Shown: piece after piece, positions 30,598 through 32,000 of the stretch | Layout of the letters: every line of letters starts with the position of its first letter | How positions within the stretch are numbered: position 1 is the first letter of the stretch | Assembly: GCF_001457595.1 (NCBI RefSeq) | Contig: NZ_LN831039.1 | Location: 5,550,001-5,582,000, forward strand | DNA length: 32,000 nt | Direction: 5' to 3' | From: Mycolicibacterium smegmatis | GTDB taxonomy: Bacteria > Actinomycetota > Actinomycetes > Mycobacteriales > Mycobacteriaceae | Notes under the pieces: generated by a model | What the model was told of the DNA's origin: nothing | The model's database searches: none | What the model saw: the letters and a program-made list of their open reading frames with translations, nothing else | Program-made: the position numbers and the translations under genes

Positions 30598-32000
30598 CTG
30601 CCCTGCACTCCACGATCGATGCCACCTCCCCCGGCTTCAACGAGGCCGCCGCGGTGATGACGGCCAAGCTCTCCGAACTCGATGCCGAACACGCCAAGGC
30701 CCTCGGGGGCGGCGGGCCCAAGTACGTCGACCGCCATCACGCGCGCGGCAAGCTCACCGCGCGTGAGCGTGTCGAACTGCTGCTCGACCCGGACTCGCCG
30801 TTCCTCGAGCTGAGCCCGCTCGCGGCGTGGGGCACCGACTTCGCCGTGGGCGCCAGCGTCGTCACCGGCATCGGCGCGGTCGAGGGCGTGGAATGCCTCA
30901 TCGTCGCCAACGACCCCACCGTCAAGGGCGGCACCAGCAATCCCTGGACGCTCAAGAAGATCCTGCGCGCCAACCAGATCGCGCTGCAGAACCGGCTTCC
31001 GGTGATCTCGCTGGTGGAATCCGGCGGCGCCGATCTGCCGACGCAGAAAGAGATCTTCATCCCGGGCGGGCAGATGTTCCGCGACCTCACCCGGTTGTCG
31101 GCCGCGGGGATCCCGACCATCGCGCTGGTGTTCGGCAACTCGACGGCGGGCGGGGCGTACGTGCCCGGCATGTCCGATCACGTCGTGATGATCAGAGAAC
31201 GCTCCAAGGTGTTCCTCGCCGGGCCGCCGCTTGTCAAGATGGCCACGGGTGAGGAGTCCGACGACGAGTCGCTGGGCGGCGCCGAGATGCACGCCCGCAC
31301 CTCGGGTCTGGCCGACTACTTCGCGCTCGACGAACCCGACGCCATCCGCATCGGGCGGCGCATCGTGGCGCGGCTGAACTGGCGCAAGCAGGGCCCCGCC
31401 CCGGCCGAAGTGGTCGAACCGCGTTACAACGCAGAGGAACTCATCGGCATCGTGCCCGCCGACCTGCGCGTGCCGTTCGATCCGCGCGATGTCATCGCCC
31501 GTATCGTCGACGACTCAGATTTCGACGAGTTCAAACCGCTCTACGGTTCGTCGCTGGTCACCGGGTGGGCCCGGCTGTGGGGTTATCCCGTGGGCATCCT
31601 GGCCAACGCGCGCGGTGTGCTGTTCAGCGAGGAGTCGCAGAAGGCCACACAGTTCATCCAGCTGGCCAACCGCGCCGACACCCCACTGTTGTTCCTGCAC
31701 AACACCACCGGCTACATGGTGGGCAAGCAGTACGAAGAGGGCGGCATGGTCAAGCACGGCTCGATGATGATCAATGCGGTGTCCAACTCGACCGTGCCGC
31801 ACATCAGCCTGCTGATCGGCGCATCCTACGGCGCGGGGCACTACGGCATGTGCGGGCGCGCCTATGATCCGCGGTTCCTGTTCGCGTGGCCCAGCGCCAA
31901 GTCCGCGGTGATGGGTGGCACGCAACTCGCGGGGGTGCTGTCGATCGTGAGCCGCGCAGCGGCGGAGGCCCGCGGGCAGACGGTCGACGAGGATGCCGAC
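30594..32000 (+). CDS. accD2: acyl-CoA carboxylase carboxyltransferase beta subunit (methylcrotonyl-/geranyl-CoA carboxylase type; Rv0974c accD2-position homologue), 3'-truncated by the window end
   Basis: Not in the track because no stop falls inside the window. ATG 30594 overlaps the fadE stop (ATGA 30594-30597). Hand translation gives MTALHSTIDATSPGFNEAAAVMTAKLSELDAEHAKALGGGGPKYVDRHHARGKLTARERVELLLDPDSPFLELSPLA..VANDPTVKGGT..GGAYVPGMSD..AWPSAKSAVMGG... The frame is open to base 32000. Confidence 0.9.
   Translation, partial: MTALHSTIDATSPGFNEAAAVMTAKLSELDAEHAKALGGGGPKYVDRHHARGKLTARERVELLLDPDSPFLELSPLAAWGTDFAVGASVVTGIGAVEGVECLIVANDPTVKGGTSNPWTLKKILRANQIALQNRLPVISLVESGGADLPTQKEIFIPGGQMFRDLTRLSAAGIPTIALVFGNSTAGGAYVPGMSDHVVMIRERSKVFLAGPPLVKMATGEESDDESLGGAEMHARTSGLADYFALDEPDAIRIGRRIVARLNWRKQGPAPAEVVEPRYNAEELIGIVPADLRVPFDPRDVIARIVDDSDFDEFKPLYGSSLVTGWARLWGYPVGILANARGVLFSEESQKATQFIQLANRADTPLLFLHNTTGYMVGKQYEEGGMVKHGSMMINAVSNSTVPHISLLIGASYGAGHYGMCGRAYDPRFLFAWPSAKSAVMGGTQLAGVLSIVSRAAAEARGQTVDEDAD

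Noticed and set aside
1-32000. Search by eye for CRISPR arrays, IS elements, transposase or integrase genes, prophage genes, toxin-antitoxin pairs and known defence-system genes.
   Set aside because: I saw no regularly spaced repeats, no DDE/tyrosine/serine recombinase motifs, and no nuclease, helicase or methylase-type ORFs. The window appears to be core metabolism, stress and cell-envelope genes.

Overview
High-GC actinobacterial chromosome, almost certainly Mycolicibacterium smegmatis. The porin ORF at 21524-22171 matches the Msp family and looks MspC-like from memory. The gene order mirrors M. tuberculosis Rv0974c-Rv0998 (Rv numbers from memory). I support 34 CDS, two of them edge-truncated and one a 52-aa ORF missing from the track, plus one tRNA-Ala(CGC). 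Left to right: (i) N-terminal cNMP-binding part of a protein that runs off the window; (ii) an orphan type VII-secretion-substrate-like gene pair; (iii) a ~680-bp AT-rich non-coding island; (iv) an accessory block of rarD-like, HIBADH-like, MFS, SDR and AraC genes ending at tRNA-Ala; (v) the conserved cell-division neighbourhood glpR/sepX - rimJ - moeA-like glp - galU / 5-FCL; (vi) an amino-acid permease fused to a USP-like domain, plus a tandem USP; (vii) the glyoxylate-to-glycerate module iclR - gcl - glxR - hyi; (viii) ruc (FmdB zinc ribbon) - SAF protein - small secreted peptide - mscL; (ix) mspC; (x) moaB2 - pepD - mprB - mprA; (xi) rpmF; (xii) an atuA-like - fadE - accD operon. No CRISPR array, transposase, integrase or rRNA is visible. 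Most long ORFs in the track are Arg/Pro/Gly-rich shadow frames of real genes, which is normal at this GC content. Most useful non-coding signals:
- a CIRCE element in front of ruc
- 11-bp-phased TCTCAG (MprA-type) boxes in front of mprA and pepD
- shared TTCC-N7-GGAA palindromes at the iclR and hyi promoters
- a perfect TGTGA-N6-TCACA CRP-type site in front of the untracked 52-aa ORF beside the porin gene
- GTCACA repeats in the glpR leader
- five copies of the heptamer CGTATGA in the AT-rich island
I see no clear-cut new system. The best candidates for follow-up are the Glp/GlpR module and its leader, the orphan T7SS-like pair with its AT-rich heptamer-repeat island, the CRP site with the micro-ORF, and the permease-USP fusion.
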